This document shows positions 36,376 to 45,182 of a stretch of 53,871 nt of DNA, one piece after another. The notes under the pieces were generated by a model. It had not been told where the DNA came from. It did not search any database and was given only the letters and a program-made list of their open reading frames with translations. The position numbers were made by a program, and so were the translations under genes. Origin of the DNA: a virus (taxonomy: Duplodnaviria > Caudoviricetes); the IMG/VR virus record IMGVR_UViG_3300043672_000021, positions 1-53,871 of that record; one strand, given 5' to 3'. How positions within the stretch are numbered: the stretch's first letter is position 1; each line of letters starts with the position of its first letter.

Positions 36376-36481
36376 CCGCACGTCCCTGCTGAGTGGTGTG
36401 CGGCCGGGACCCCGAGTCTCCGGCCGCACGCCGGGCATCCTCCCACCTCCGAACCTCCACCCCGAAGGAGAACCCTTACCG

Positions 36482-37780
36482 ATGAGCCCACCGACCATGC
36501 CGAAGTACACCGGCACCCTGCTGCCCGAGCACCTCAAGCTCGTGGATCAGGTCCGCGAGCACCGGATGCGCATCGGCCTGTCCACCGACCGCTGCGACCG
36601 ACCCGCCGCCGAGGCCGCCATCCGGCTCGCCTACAAGAAGGCCGGCCTGGCCGAGCCGCCGCTGATGGTGTGGATGGACTCCCCGCTCGGCGGTGCGTTC
36701 GCCGCTGGCGCGATCGCTCAGCTGTTCAAGAAGCTCCCCGCAACGACCGAGGGGGACCAGCTCAGGGACCAGCTCAGGGGCCAGCTCGGGGGCCAGCTCG
36801 GGGACCAGCTCTGGGGCCAGCTCGGGGACCAGCTCTGGGGCCAGCTCGGGGGCCAGCTCGGGGGCCAGCTCGGGGGCCAGCTCAGGGGCCAGCTCGGGGA
36901 CCAGCTCAGGGACCAGCTCGGGGACCAGCTCTGGGGCCAGCTCGGGGGCCAGCTCGGGGACCAGCTCTGGGGCCAGCTCTGGGGCCAGCTCTGGGACCAG
37001 CTCGGGGACCAGCTCTGGGGCCAGCTCGGGGGCCAGCTCGGGGGCCAGCTCGGGGACCAGCTCAGGGGCCAGCTCAGGGGCCAGCTCAGGGGCCAGCTCA
37101 GGGGCCAGCTCGACTTCGGACAGTTCCTCGACCCCTGGTACGAGGCGTACTGGCTCGGGATCTATACCGCAGCGCTGCCCGCCGCCGGGCTGCCGGCCGA
37201 TGAGCGGTTCGACGCCCTGACGTCCGCGATCGACAACACCGCCTGGTGGTGGCCGATGCGCGGCGCGGTCATCATGACCGACCGGCCCACCGCCCTGCGC
37301 ATGGAAACCGCAGCCGGTCAGACCCGCCTGCACTGCGACACCGGCCCTGCCATCGGGTACGCCGACGGTTACGGGCTCTGGTCCTGGCACGGCACCCGTG
37401 TCCCGCAGGACCTGATCGAGACCGGTTGGGACACCACCCGGATCCTGAAGGAGCCCAACGCCGAGATCCGCCGGTGCGCGATCGAGCGCATGGGTTGGGA
37501 CCGCTTCGTCGTTGACGCCGGACTGAAGCAGGTCGGAGTGGCAGTCGCCGACCCCGGGAATCCCGGCAAGGAGATCGCGCTGTACGACGTCCCCGAGGCG
37601 ATCTTCGGGGATGTCGCCGTCCGAGTCCTGCTCTGCGAGAACGGGACTCCGGAGCGCGATGGCACGGTCCGTCGGTTCGGCCTGACCGTTCCCGAGGACA
37701 TCAACGACCCGGTCACCGCCGCCGCATGGGGGTACGGGCTGACCGGGTCCGAGTATGCCGGCGCGCAGCGCCGCACCTGA
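36482..37780 (+). CDS. DUF6745-type protein with tetrapeptide repeat array
   Basis: GAAGGAG RBS; DRPAAEAAI..AY, WMDSP, WWWP, DRP, LHCDTGPAIGYADG..WHG, NAEIRRCAIE, AAAW. Confidence 0.85.
   Translation: MSPPTMPKYTGTLLPEHLKLVDQVREHRMRIGLSTDRCDRPAAEAAIRLAYKKAGLAEPPLMVWMDSPLGGAFAAGAIAQLFKKLPATTEGDQLRDQLRGQLGGQLGDQLWGQLGDQLWGQLGGQLGGQLGGQLRGQLGDQLRDQLGDQLWGQLGGQLGDQLWGQLWGQLWDQLGDQLWGQLGGQLGGQLGDQLRGQLRGQLRGQLRGQLDFGQFLDPWYEAYWLGIYTAALPAAGLPADERFDALTSAIDNTAWWWPMRGAVIMTDRPTALRMETAAGQTRLHCDTGPAIGYADGYGLWSWHGTRVPQDLIETGWDTTRILKEPNAEIRRCAIERMGWDRFVVDAGLKQVGVAVADPGNPGKEIALYDVPEAIFGDVAVRVLLCENGTPERDGTVRRFGLTVPEDINDPVTAAAWGYGLTGSEYAGAQRRT
36752..37111 (+). repeat. 30 x 12-bp coding tandem repeat (D GG G R C CAG CTC)
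   Basis: Encodes [G/R/W][G/D]QL x30; only unit positions 1 and 5 vary. Confidence 0.97.
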
Positions 37781-37833
37781 GATCGCACCACTTCCGAATC
37801 AACCCGCACCGCAATCAGAAGGAGCAACCCAGA

Positions 37834-38268
37834 ATGAGCACCCGAACCCTCGGCGCACTGGCCACCCGGCACGGCGTCGACCTCCTCGACCATCTGGACC
37901 AGCAGCTGCAGATCCCGGTGCTGTCCGGGATTCAGTTCCAGGGCGACGTCGCCGTCGTCCCCTGCCCGACCCTGGGCGACCTCATCCCGGGACTGCCCGC
38001 AGGGGAGCCGGTTCCGGCCGCTGGGGTCGCTGTAGTCCGTGGGGAGAACGGCGGCCACACGCACCTGCTGGTCGCGGACGGCCCGGTCTCCTGGGCGGCT
38101 GGGCGTGGCTCCGGCGGCAACCTCACCCTCGGCACGGTCACCGTCCCCGGCGGTGCGATCGCCTACCTGCTGCACCCCGAGCACGGCGGCAACGCTCTGG
38201 CTCCGGGCTCGTACGAGCTGCGCCGCCAGCGCGAGCAGCGCGAGGAGATCGCGCTCGTCGCCGACTGA
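37834..38268 (+). CDS. Conserved partner of DUF6745 protein (His-rich)
   Basis: GAAGGAG RBS; QGDV, GHTH, HPEH, PGSYELRRQRE. Confidence 0.85.
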   Translation: MSTRTLGALATRHGVDLLDHLDQQLQIPVLSGIQFQGDVAVVPCPTLGDLIPGLPAGEPVPAAGVAVVRGENGGHTHLLVADGPVSWAAGRGSGGNLTLGTVTVPGGAIAYLLHPEHGGNALAPGSYELRRQREQREEIALVAD

Positions 38269-38275
38269 TCCGCCT

Positions 38276-38308
38276 CACTCCGGCGCCGCCCTGCCCGGCG
38301 CCGGAGTG
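38276..38308 (+). terminator. Perfect 13-bp hairpin
   Basis: CACTCCGGCGCCG-N7-CGGCGCCGGAGTG right after stop. Confidence 0.55.
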
Positions 38309-38346
38309 CCGCCCCTCGCCCATCTCCTATCCCGAAGGAGCACTTC

Positions 38347-38745
38347 GTGAGCACCACCACCACCGATACCGCCGGCGAGACGGCCGACGTGGTCATCGGG
38401 GGCCCGCACCCGGACCTCGACGCCCTGCTGCCGGGCGAACCGGAGGGCTCGCACGTCCTCGACCTGTTCGCGCCCGCCGACGACTACGCCCGGGCCCAGT
38501 TCGCTGTCGCCCGCGCGGCCCCCGCGCTGGAGCCGGACGCCGTGCACGACCCGGTCCGGCTGATCACGCACGCGCGGGTGGTCAGCGCGACCCCGACCGG
38601 GTCGCTGATGCTCGCCGACATCAAGGCTGCCCGGACGATGACCCTGGGCGAGGCGCTGGCCTGGCACGACGAGCGGCGGCGTCGGGATGACGAGCGGGCC
38701 TACCTGGCGAGCCTTGAGGCGCCGCTGATGGGCCAGGACGCATGA
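38347..38745 (+). CDS. Hypothetical protein
   Basis: GAAGGAG RBS; high GC3. Confidence 0.7.
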   Translation: MSTTTTDTAGETADVVIGGPHPDLDALLPGEPEGSHVLDLFAPADDYARAQFAVARAAPALEPDAVHDPVRLITHARVVSATPTGSLMLADIKAARTMTLGEALAWHDERRRRDDERAYLASLEAPLMGQDA

Positions 38746-39011
38746 ACCGGTCCCAGCACTACAGCCGCGCCGAGGAGTTGGCCGAGGAGGCCGTCCAGGT
38801 GATCGCCCGCGCCGCGCGCCGCCCCGAGCCGACCGTAGCCCAGCAGGTCACCCAGCGCCGTGAGGCCCGCGACGATGCGCACCTGCTGCTGAAGCAGGCG
38901 ATGCTCCACGCAACCCTGGCGACCGCGCCGGCCGACGTCGAGCCCGAGCGGGCCATGGCTGCGCCGCCCGCGGGCCACCCGAAGCCGAGCCCGCCGCGGG
39001 TGATGTCGTGA
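38742..39011 (+). CDS. Hypothetical protein
   Basis: HYSRAEEL...AMLHATLA motif common in actinophage early genes. Confidence 0.7.
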   Translation: MNRSQHYSRAEELAEEAVQVIARAARRPEPTVAQQVTQRREARDDAHLLLKQAMLHATLATAPADVEPERAMAAPPAGHPKPSPPRVMS

Positions 39012-39571
39012 GCCGGGGCGCGCTGGCCGCGCACAGCACGACGATGGACGCCGGGAACGGCGACTGGCGGCATTCCGCGGCCTGCCTGGACAGCGACGCA
39101 GAAACCTTTTTCCCCATCGGAAACACCGGCCCGGCCATCCAGCAGACCGAGGAAGCCAAGGCGGTCTGCCACCGCTGCGAGGTCCGCGAGACCTGCCTCG
39201 AGTGGGCACTCACCCAGGGGGAAGAAGCGGGAATCTGGGGCGGACTGTCCGAGGATGAGCGCCGATCCCTGAAGCGCCGCACCGACCGGAACCGGCAGGC
39301 CGCCGCCCGCGGCCACCAGGTCGCGACCTCCACGGCCACCCCGAAGACCCCACCGCCGGCCCGGGTGCTGGTCTCGGCGACCTTCACCAAGGCGGCCGTC
39401 TCGGCGATGCGCGACGGCGGGCTGTCCTGGTTGCAGATCTCCCGGCAGCTCGGCGCCCGGCCGTCCACGATTCGGGCTGTCCATGCCGGGGAACGGGCCC
39501 AGGTCGGGCGGTCGATCGAGGACGCCGCCCGCGCCTACGCGGTGGCCCGGCGACTGGTGGGCACCCGATGA
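39008..39571 (+). CDS. whiB: WhiB-family regulator with C-terminal HTH-like extension
   Basis: WRHSAAC...FFP...AKAVCHRCEVRETCL...GIWGGLSEDERR. Confidence 0.93.
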   Translation: MSRGALAAHSTTMDAGNGDWRHSAACLDSDAETFFPIGNTGPAIQQTEEAKAVCHRCEVRETCLEWALTQGEEAGIWGGLSEDERRSLKRRTDRNRQAAARGHQVATSTATPKTPPPARVLVSATFTKAAVSAMRDGGLSWLQISRQLGARPSTIRAVHAGERAQVGRSIEDAARAYAVARRLVGTR

Positions 39572-40485
39572 GCGCTGCAGGAAAGGTCACAAGCCCCGGC
39601 GTCTACGAGCTCGCCGCGGCCGAGTACCACGACTTCGAGGTCACCGGCGATTGGTTCAGCAACTCCGACGCCAAGAAACTGCTCGCTACGTGCCCGGCGC
39701 AGTTCGACTATGACCGTCGTAACGGTGTCCGGAAGATCAGCGATGCGTTCGATTTCGGACACGTGTGGCACGCGGTGATCCTCGGTAAAGGTGAGGCGTA
39801 CGAAGTATTTGAGCCGAAGAAGCTGGACGGCCGAACCGGGGATGGCAAGGCGCAGAAACTGGCCGTCGACGAGGCTCGGGCGGCTGGGATCACCCCGGTC
39901 TACGGTGATCAGTTCCGGCTGATCGAGGCGATGGCTGAGGCGGTGAAGGCGGACCCGGTGCCATTCGGTCTGATGAACCAACCAGGCAGGCAGGAAGTCT
40001 GTCTGTTCTGGCGTCAGCCGATCAAGGTGACGAACCCGCACAACCAGCTGTACGGGCAGACCGTCACGGTGCAGCGGCGGGCGATGATCGACCACCTACC
40101 CGACATGCCGGCCGAGGGCGAGACCGTGACCCTGGTCGACGGGAAGACCGCCGACGAGGTGAAACCGGACGACAACCTGCGAAAGAAGATCTACGACTAC
40201 GGGTACCACCGGCAGGCCGACACGTACGCGGCCGGCGTCGAGGCGCTGTTCAACCGTGACGCTGAGGTCGTGTTTCTGCTTCAGTCGAAAAAGCCTCCCC
40301 ACCTGATCGTTCCGGTCGACCTGGACGCCCCGGCGATGCTGGTCGCGGCGGCCGAGAACCGGCAGGCGATGGAGTTGTGGGCCGAGTGTGTCGCTACCGG
40401 CGAGTGGCCTGGATATGTCAAAGGGATTGCTACGTCTGGTGTTCCGGCGTGGATTGAACGCCAGCATGAGGAGGACGTCTACTAA
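39568..40485 (+). CDS. RecE / exonuclease VIII-like PD-(D/E)XK nuclease
   Basis: FSNS, FDFGHVWH, RAMID, VDGKT, YGYHRQA, EWPGY. Confidence 0.88.
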   Translation: MSAAGKVTSPGVYELAAAEYHDFEVTGDWFSNSDAKKLLATCPAQFDYDRRNGVRKISDAFDFGHVWHAVILGKGEAYEVFEPKKLDGRTGDGKAQKLAVDEARAAGITPVYGDQFRLIEAMAEAVKADPVPFGLMNQPGRQEVCLFWRQPIKVTNPHNQLYGQTVTVQRRAMIDHLPDMPAEGETVTLVDGKTADEVKPDDNLRKKIYDYGYHRQADTYAAGVEALFNRDAEVVFLLQSKKPPHLIVPVDLDAPAMLVAAAENRQAMELWAECVATGEWPGYVKGIATSGVPAWIERQHEEDVY

Positions 40486-41159
40486 TGGCAGACGTGACGA
40501 AAGCCATCGAACCTAAGTCTGATCAGATGAACGCGGAGGATCTGCTAGGCGGGGCAAGGACTTTCACGATCACCCGAGTTGTCGTCCGTGAGTCGCCTGA
40601 GCAGCCGATCAGTGTGTGGCTGGCCGAGTTCCCACAGGCCCGACCGTGGAAACCGGCGAAGACGATGTCGAAGCTGATGGCACTCGCATGGACGAGCGAG
40701 TCAGACCGGTGGGTCAGCCAGCGCGTGACCCTCTACTGCGACCCCGACGTCAGGTTCGGGCCGGCGGTGATGGGTGGTATCCGGATCAGCCACATGTCCG
40801 GGATCGGCCGCAAGCCGTTGACCGCGAACCTCGCCACGACCAGGGGGAAGCGGGCCCCGTACATGGTGCAGCCGATCCCGGATGGTGCGGCGACGCCAGC
40901 GAAAGCACCGGGCCCGCTCGATCAACTGGTGTGGGCGATGAACGCGGCACAGATCGACCACGACCCGGCCGCCCGCTTGGCGTACTGCCGGGACATCGTC
41001 CAGCGAGAACTGAAGACAGCGGCGGACCTGACGGCGGCCGAACTGGCAGACGTGATTGCTTCGCTGACTGCAGAGCCGTCGGACCTGGACCTGGAGCCGA
41101 CCGACGCTGAGCGGGCTGCTGCTGCAGAGGCGGGTGACGACCGTGGGGCAGACGACTGA
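40485..41159 (+). CDS. Putative recombination / annealing protein
   Basis: Directly after RecE; KSDQMNAEDL, W.....TLY.DPDVRFG...GGIRISHMS. Confidence 0.6.
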   Translation: MADVTKAIEPKSDQMNAEDLLGGARTFTITRVVVRESPEQPISVWLAEFPQARPWKPAKTMSKLMALAWTSESDRWVSQRVTLYCDPDVRFGPAVMGGIRISHMSGIGRKPLTANLATTRGKRAPYMVQPIPDGAATPAKAPGPLDQLVWAMNAAQIDHDPAARLAYCRDIVQRELKTAADLTAAELADVIASLTAEPSDLDLEPTDAERAAAAEAGDDRGADD

Positions 41160-41412
41160 GCTGCGGGAGTACCGCCTGACCTTCGGCATCAAGTACCGCG
41201 CCGAGGAGCACCCGCTGTTCCCGGCCGCGCACCCGGACGGCTGGGTCGCGGTGATGGCCCCCAGCTACGAGGACGCCCGAGACCTGGTGATCCGCAGGCT
41301 GGGGCGCGAGTGGGCGTTCCTCTACCTGCCTGGGGAGCTGAGGGAGTCCTACTTCCCGGCCGGGGAGATCGAGCGCTGGTCGACCACCGGGGCGGTGAGC
41401 ACCGATGCCTGA
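41134..41412 (+). CDS. Hypothetical protein
   Basis: LTFG...HP, WAFLY; start uncertain. Confidence 0.7.
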   Translation: MTTVGQTTELREYRLTFGIKYRAEEHPLFPAAHPDGWVAVMAPSYEDARDLVIRRLGREWAFLYLPGELRESYFPAGEIERWSTTGAVSTDA

Positions 41413-41761
41413 GTCGACGGCCGAGACGCTGGCCCGCGAGTTCGCCGCACTGAACACGGCGACCCAGCGCGCCCACCAGGTACTCGCGGACATGCGCGCC
41501 GAACGGAAGCTGCTCTCCGCGCTGCTGATCGAGGTCCGGGAGGCAACCCAGCAGCGGGCCGAGGCGCTGGTGGAGACCGCGGTCGTCCGAGAGGTGGACA
41601 AGATGGATCAGGCGGTCCAGAAGGCGATCGCGATGGCCGAGGAACGCGTGTTCGCCAGGTTCGATCGCCTCACTCGGATGATCACCGGCGAGGAAGGCCA
41701 CCCGGACCGGCCGCCGCTTGAGGACCTGATCCGCGAGGCGCAGCAGAGAGGCCGGACATGA
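41405..41761 (+). CDS. Coiled-coil hypothetical protein
   Basis: Overlap-coupled, helical. Confidence 0.7.
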   Translation: MPESTAETLAREFAALNTATQRAHQVLADMRAERKLLSALLIEVREATQQRAEALVETAVVREVDKMDQAVQKAIAMAEERVFARFDRLTRMITGEEGHPDRPPLEDLIREAQQRGRT

Positions 41762-42132
41762 CCGGTCTCACCGACCGCGAGCGCCAGGTCTGCGCACTGG
41801 TCGCGGAGGGTCTCACCAACTCGGAGATCGGTGAGCGGCTGTACCTCAGCCACTACACCGTGAAAACCCATCTGCGGCGCATCTTCCAGAAGACGGGCGC
41901 CATCAGCCGTGCGCAGCTGGTGACCTACGCCGACACGAAGGTCAAGGTGCGGACCTCCGCCGAGGTAGTGCAGATCCTGCGCAACCTACGAGCCGAGCGC
42001 GCGGCCGTGAGCCACCGCTTCGGCTCGATCGGGCAATACCGCCAGGAGGGCGAGCTGAGAGTGCTGGACGAGCTGATCGAGCAGATCGGCGCGGCGAGGG
42101 CCGAGCCTCGGATGATGGGCGGCAGGGCATGA
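41758..42132 (+). CDS. LuxR/GerE-family HTH regulator
   Basis: LTDRERQVCALVAEGLTNSEIGERLYLSHYTVKTHLRRIFQK. Confidence 0.92.
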   Translation: MTGLTDRERQVCALVAEGLTNSEIGERLYLSHYTVKTHLRRIFQKTGAISRAQLVTYADTKVKVRTSAEVVQILRNLRAERAAVSHRFGSIGQYRQEGELRVLDELIEQIGAARAEPRMMGGRA

Positions 42133-42287
42133 GCCGCCGCCGCAAGCCACAGCTCTGGGGCTTCACCCTCGGCCCGGACTGGATCCAGGTCATCCACCTG
42201 CGCCCCGTCGAGGCCGCCCGCCGTGAGCGGGTCCGCCGGCACATCGGGCGCGTCAAGCGCCGGGCGGCGAAGAGGTGGCCGGCATGA
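42129..42287 (+). CDS. Small basic protein (52 aa)
   Basis: ATGA overlaps both sides; below ORF track cutoff. Confidence 0.55.
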   Translation: MSRRRKPQLWGFTLGPDWIQVIHLRPVEAARRERVRRHIGRVKRRAAKRWPA

Positions 42288-42421
42288 GCGCGACCCTGCG
42301 CAGGCCCGCCACGTGGGTGCTGGCCGTCACCCTGATCGTGCTCTCGCAGACCGGCGTTCGCTGCGGTGACCGGTACTTCCCGGACGGCCGGACCGCCCAC
42401 CCGGCGGGGGTCGACCGATGA
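42284..42421 (+). CDS. Small protein (45 aa)
   Basis: ATGA overlaps both sides; hydrophobic segment. Confidence 0.5.
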   Translation: MSATLRRPATWVLAVTLIVLSQTGVRCGDRYFPDGRTAHPAGVDR

Positions 42422-42663
42422 CCGCCACCCGGCACAGGCCGCCGCCCCACCCCTGCCCCGGCTGCAGCACACCCGTACGGGCCGCCATGTACGCGTGCGG
42501 GGGGTGCTGGCGGCGCCTCCCCGGGAACCTCCGCACAGCGATCCTGCGCGCGTGGGGGCGCCGCTTGGCCGGCACCGGCGGCGCCGCCGCCGAGCACGAC
42601 GCCGCGAGGGCCGCGGGCGCCGCCTGGTACGCGCATCACCCCCGAGAGGAGAACCACCGATGA
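42418..42663 (+). CDS. Zn-finger-like protein
   Basis: CPGC...ACGGCWRRLP. Confidence 0.7.
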   Translation: MTATRHRPPPHPCPGCSTPVRAAMYACGGCWRRLPGNLRTAILRAWGRRLAGTGGAAAEHDAARAAGAAWYAHHPREENHR

Positions 42664-43193
42664 GCCTCTACCCGGCACCCCTGGTGTTCACGGTGGTCGC
42701 GGTCCCGAAGCCGCAGGGCAGCAAGCGCGGATTCGTCGTGCAGGGCAAGAACGATGCCAAGCCGCGAGCGATCGTCGTCGACTCCGACAAGCAGCCGCTG
42801 AAGGACTTCCGGGAGGCCGTCCGATCAACCGCCGTAGAAGCGAAGCCAGAGGGCTTCGAGGCGTTCGAGGGCCCGCTGACGGTCGTCCTGGCGTTCGCAC
42901 TGCGCAAGCCGAAGGTCGCCGAGCGCGGACCCCGCCGATGGCCGATCGGCAAGACCGCCGGCGACGTCGACAAGCTCACCCGCTCCGTCCTCGACGCCCT
43001 CACCGACGCCGCGGTATTCGGCGACGACGGGCAGGTCGTGCGCCTGGTCGTCGAGAAGGACTACCCGGGCACCAAGGAGTGCGGGTACCAAGCCAGCCCC
43101 GGTGTCCGCGTGCTCGTCGAGCGCCGCTACTCGAATGAGATCCCGAATATTCCAGCACCCGAAATCAACCACCAGGAAGGCACTCTGCTGTGA
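42660..43193 (+). CDS. rusA: RusA-family Holliday junction resolvase
   Basis: PKPQGSKR, DVDKLTRSVLDALT, DDGQVV. Confidence 0.92.
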   Translation: MSLYPAPLVFTVVAVPKPQGSKRGFVVQGKNDAKPRAIVVDSDKQPLKDFREAVRSTAVEAKPEGFEAFEGPLTVVLAFALRKPKVAERGPRRWPIGKTAGDVDKLTRSVLDALTDAAVFGDDGQVVRLVVEKDYPGTKECGYQASPGVRVLVERRYSNEIPNIPAPEINHQEGTLL

Positions 43194-43942
43194 CAGTTAC
43201 CTTGAAGGCCGATATTCAGGTCGCTACCCCCGACCTGCGCAACGCGCTGCGGGCGGTGCTGCCGCTGTCGAACCCGCTGATCACCGGTGACCACGACGCC
43301 GAGCACCGGATCCGGTTCGTGTTCCTCGAGCACTGGGTGTTCGTCGTGGCCTCGAACGGCACCGGGACTGCGCTGGCGAAGGTCGCCGTCAATCAGGACT
43401 CCCGCACGATCGAGTTCACCGCTGAAGACGGGCCCATCATCGTCGACCTCACACCCCGGCGGGCCCGGCTGATCCTGCAGCAGTTCAAGGCCAAGCCGTC
43501 CGACCCCGACGTGGGCCAGTTGATGGAGTTCGGCATCGACGTCACCGAGGAAACCCTCACGGTCTCCGACATCGGCGGTCTCTGGTCGGAGGGTGAGTCC
43601 AACCGGTACCCGATCGAGGAACCCTCGGATTCGTTCCCGGACGTCATCCGGATCACCGCCCAAGCGTTGGCCGGGGTCGGCGCCACCCAGGTCGGCAAGG
43701 CCCTGGTGACGGACGGGCGGGTGCTGCGCCTGTTCGAGCCGGCCAGCCGGGTGTACGAGCAGCCCCTGCAGATCGAAGCCACCGGCTCCGCCGAGTCCCG
43801 CGGCTTCACCGTCTCCTGCGGGCCTGACTTCCTCGGCACCCTCTCCAGCGCCCACCAGGACGACGACAGCCTGAAAAAGCGCAACCGGCACCGGATGAAC
43901 TGGCTGGAGCTCATCCCCGCGCAGAAACTGCAGGCCGTCTGA
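43190..43942 (+). CDS. Beta-clamp-like fold protein (putative)
   Basis: DLRNALRAV, VVASNG, FPDV, F.G.L pattern resembling sliding-clamp subdomains. Confidence 0.5.
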   Translation: MTVTLKADIQVATPDLRNALRAVLPLSNPLITGDHDAEHRIRFVFLEHWVFVVASNGTGTALAKVAVNQDSRTIEFTAEDGPIIVDLTPRRARLILQQFKAKPSDPDVGQLMEFGIDVTEETLTVSDIGGLWSEGESNRYPIEEPSDSFPDVIRITAQALAGVGATQVGKALVTDGRVLRLFEPASRVYEQPLQIEATGSAESRGFTVSCGPDFLGTLSSAHQDDDSLKKRNRHRMNWLELIPAQKLQAV

Positions 43943-44178
43943 TGGACGTCGAGCGGCACCCGGCCGTCACGTCGCTGCTGGAGTTCTTCACCTGGGAGCA
44001 CCTCCCGCCGCACCTGCAGGAGGTCTCCCGCCCGGCCGCCCAGCTCGCCTACCAGATGGCCAACGCGATGCCGGACAGCCCAGAGCTGACCGTCGGTCTG
44101 CGGAAGCTGCTGGAGGCCAAGGACGCGTTCGTCCGGGCCCGGATCCAGCAGGACCGGGCCGGAGGTGACTCCCGATGA
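43942..44178 (+). CDS. Conserved small helical phage protein
   Basis: FFTWEHLPPHLQEVS...GLRKLLEAKDAFVRA. Confidence 0.8.
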   Translation: MDVERHPAVTSLLEFFTWEHLPPHLQEVSRPAAQLAYQMANAMPDSPELTVGLRKLLEAKDAFVRARIQQDRAGGDSR

Positions 44179-45182
44179 TCATCCTGACCGAACCGGCGCT
44201 GATCGCGGCACGGCAGTGGGCCGAGCGCGCCGGGCTCAACCTGTCCGTCCCGATGATGCACGGGCTGATCGAGGCCGCCCTGCCGCACCTCGCGATCGAA
44301 CCGTCGGCCGACGGCGAACCGGTAGCCGAGCGAGGCATCGACGGTCGGTGGCTGGCTGATCGGCTCGACAAGGTCGACGAGGCACTGGCCGACCTCCGCC
44401 GCGACGACGTCGCCTGGATGCAGGAGGTCGCCGACGCCTACAGGAAGGGCAAGGCGGTCAGCCTGCCAGCCGAGACCGAGCGTGAGCGGAACAGCGAGCG
44501 GGCGCACCGCGAGCGGATGGTCAAGCATTCAGTGGACGAGGCCTACCTGCGTGGCGTGGCCGACGCCCGCGCTGCGCCCGCGCCGACCGCCCCTGACGTC
44601 CGGGTGGACGCCGCCTACCTGCGCGGCCAGAAGATGGGCATGGAGGTGGCCCGGGCCCACGGCGAGGGCGGGCCGACCGACTACGAGGCGTGGCGCGACG
44701 CCCTGCAGATGACCGCAAGCCGGGAGGCCGGCACCGACTGGAGCTCAAAGACCATGCGCGACACGGCCGGGTGGTTCCACACCGAGCTGCTACGGGGCGC
44801 ACCGCCACCGGAGGAGCCGGAGGTTCCGGACTGCGAGCACTGCGGCGCAGATTCGAGCATGGACCACAACGACGACTGCCCCAACAACATCGAGAACATC
44901 AGCGATGACCGGGTGGTCCAGGAATCGCCGCCTTGTACGGCCGTCCCCGATACGGCGCCCGGCAGGGCCACGCTCGTGCGACTGCTCGACGAGATCGACC
45001 TGCTGATCAGGGGCCGCGTAACCGTCAAGGTGCTCCCACTCATCGGCCCGCTCGGTTACGCCCGGGGGATCGCCAAGGGGCTGACCGATCCCGACGGCCC
45101 GGTCTGCCTGCACTGCGGTGCCGACTCCGGGGCGGCCGAGAGTCACGACGCCGGTTGCCCGAACGAACCGAACGGCGAGTGA
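44175..45182 (+). CDS. Hypothetical protein with duplicated Zn-binding motifs
   Basis: GGAGG RBS; CxHCGADS...H...CPN twice. Confidence 0.7.
   Translation: MIILTEPALIAARQWAERAGLNLSVPMMHGLIEAALPHLAIEPSADGEPVAERGIDGRWLADRLDKVDEALADLRRDDVAWMQEVADAYRKGKAVSLPAETERERNSERAHRERMVKHSVDEAYLRGVADARAAPAPTAPDVRVDAAYLRGQKMGMEVARAHGEGGPTDYEAWRDALQMTASREAGTDWSSKTMRDTAGWFHTELLRGAPPPEEPEVPDCEHCGADSSMDHNDDCPNNIENISDDRVVQESPPCTAVPDTAPGRATLVRLLDEIDLLIRGRVTVKVLPLIGPLGYARGIAKGLTDPDGPVCLHCGADSGAAESHDAGCPNEPNGE

Noticed and set aside
36752-37111. CRISPR array
   Set aside because: Units are contiguous 12-mers with no spacers, in frame within a gene; no cas genes
36752-37111. Diversity-generating retroelement target
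   Set aside because: Variation involves A/G/T swaps, but the A of CAG is invariant, and there is no reverse transcriptase or separate template repeat
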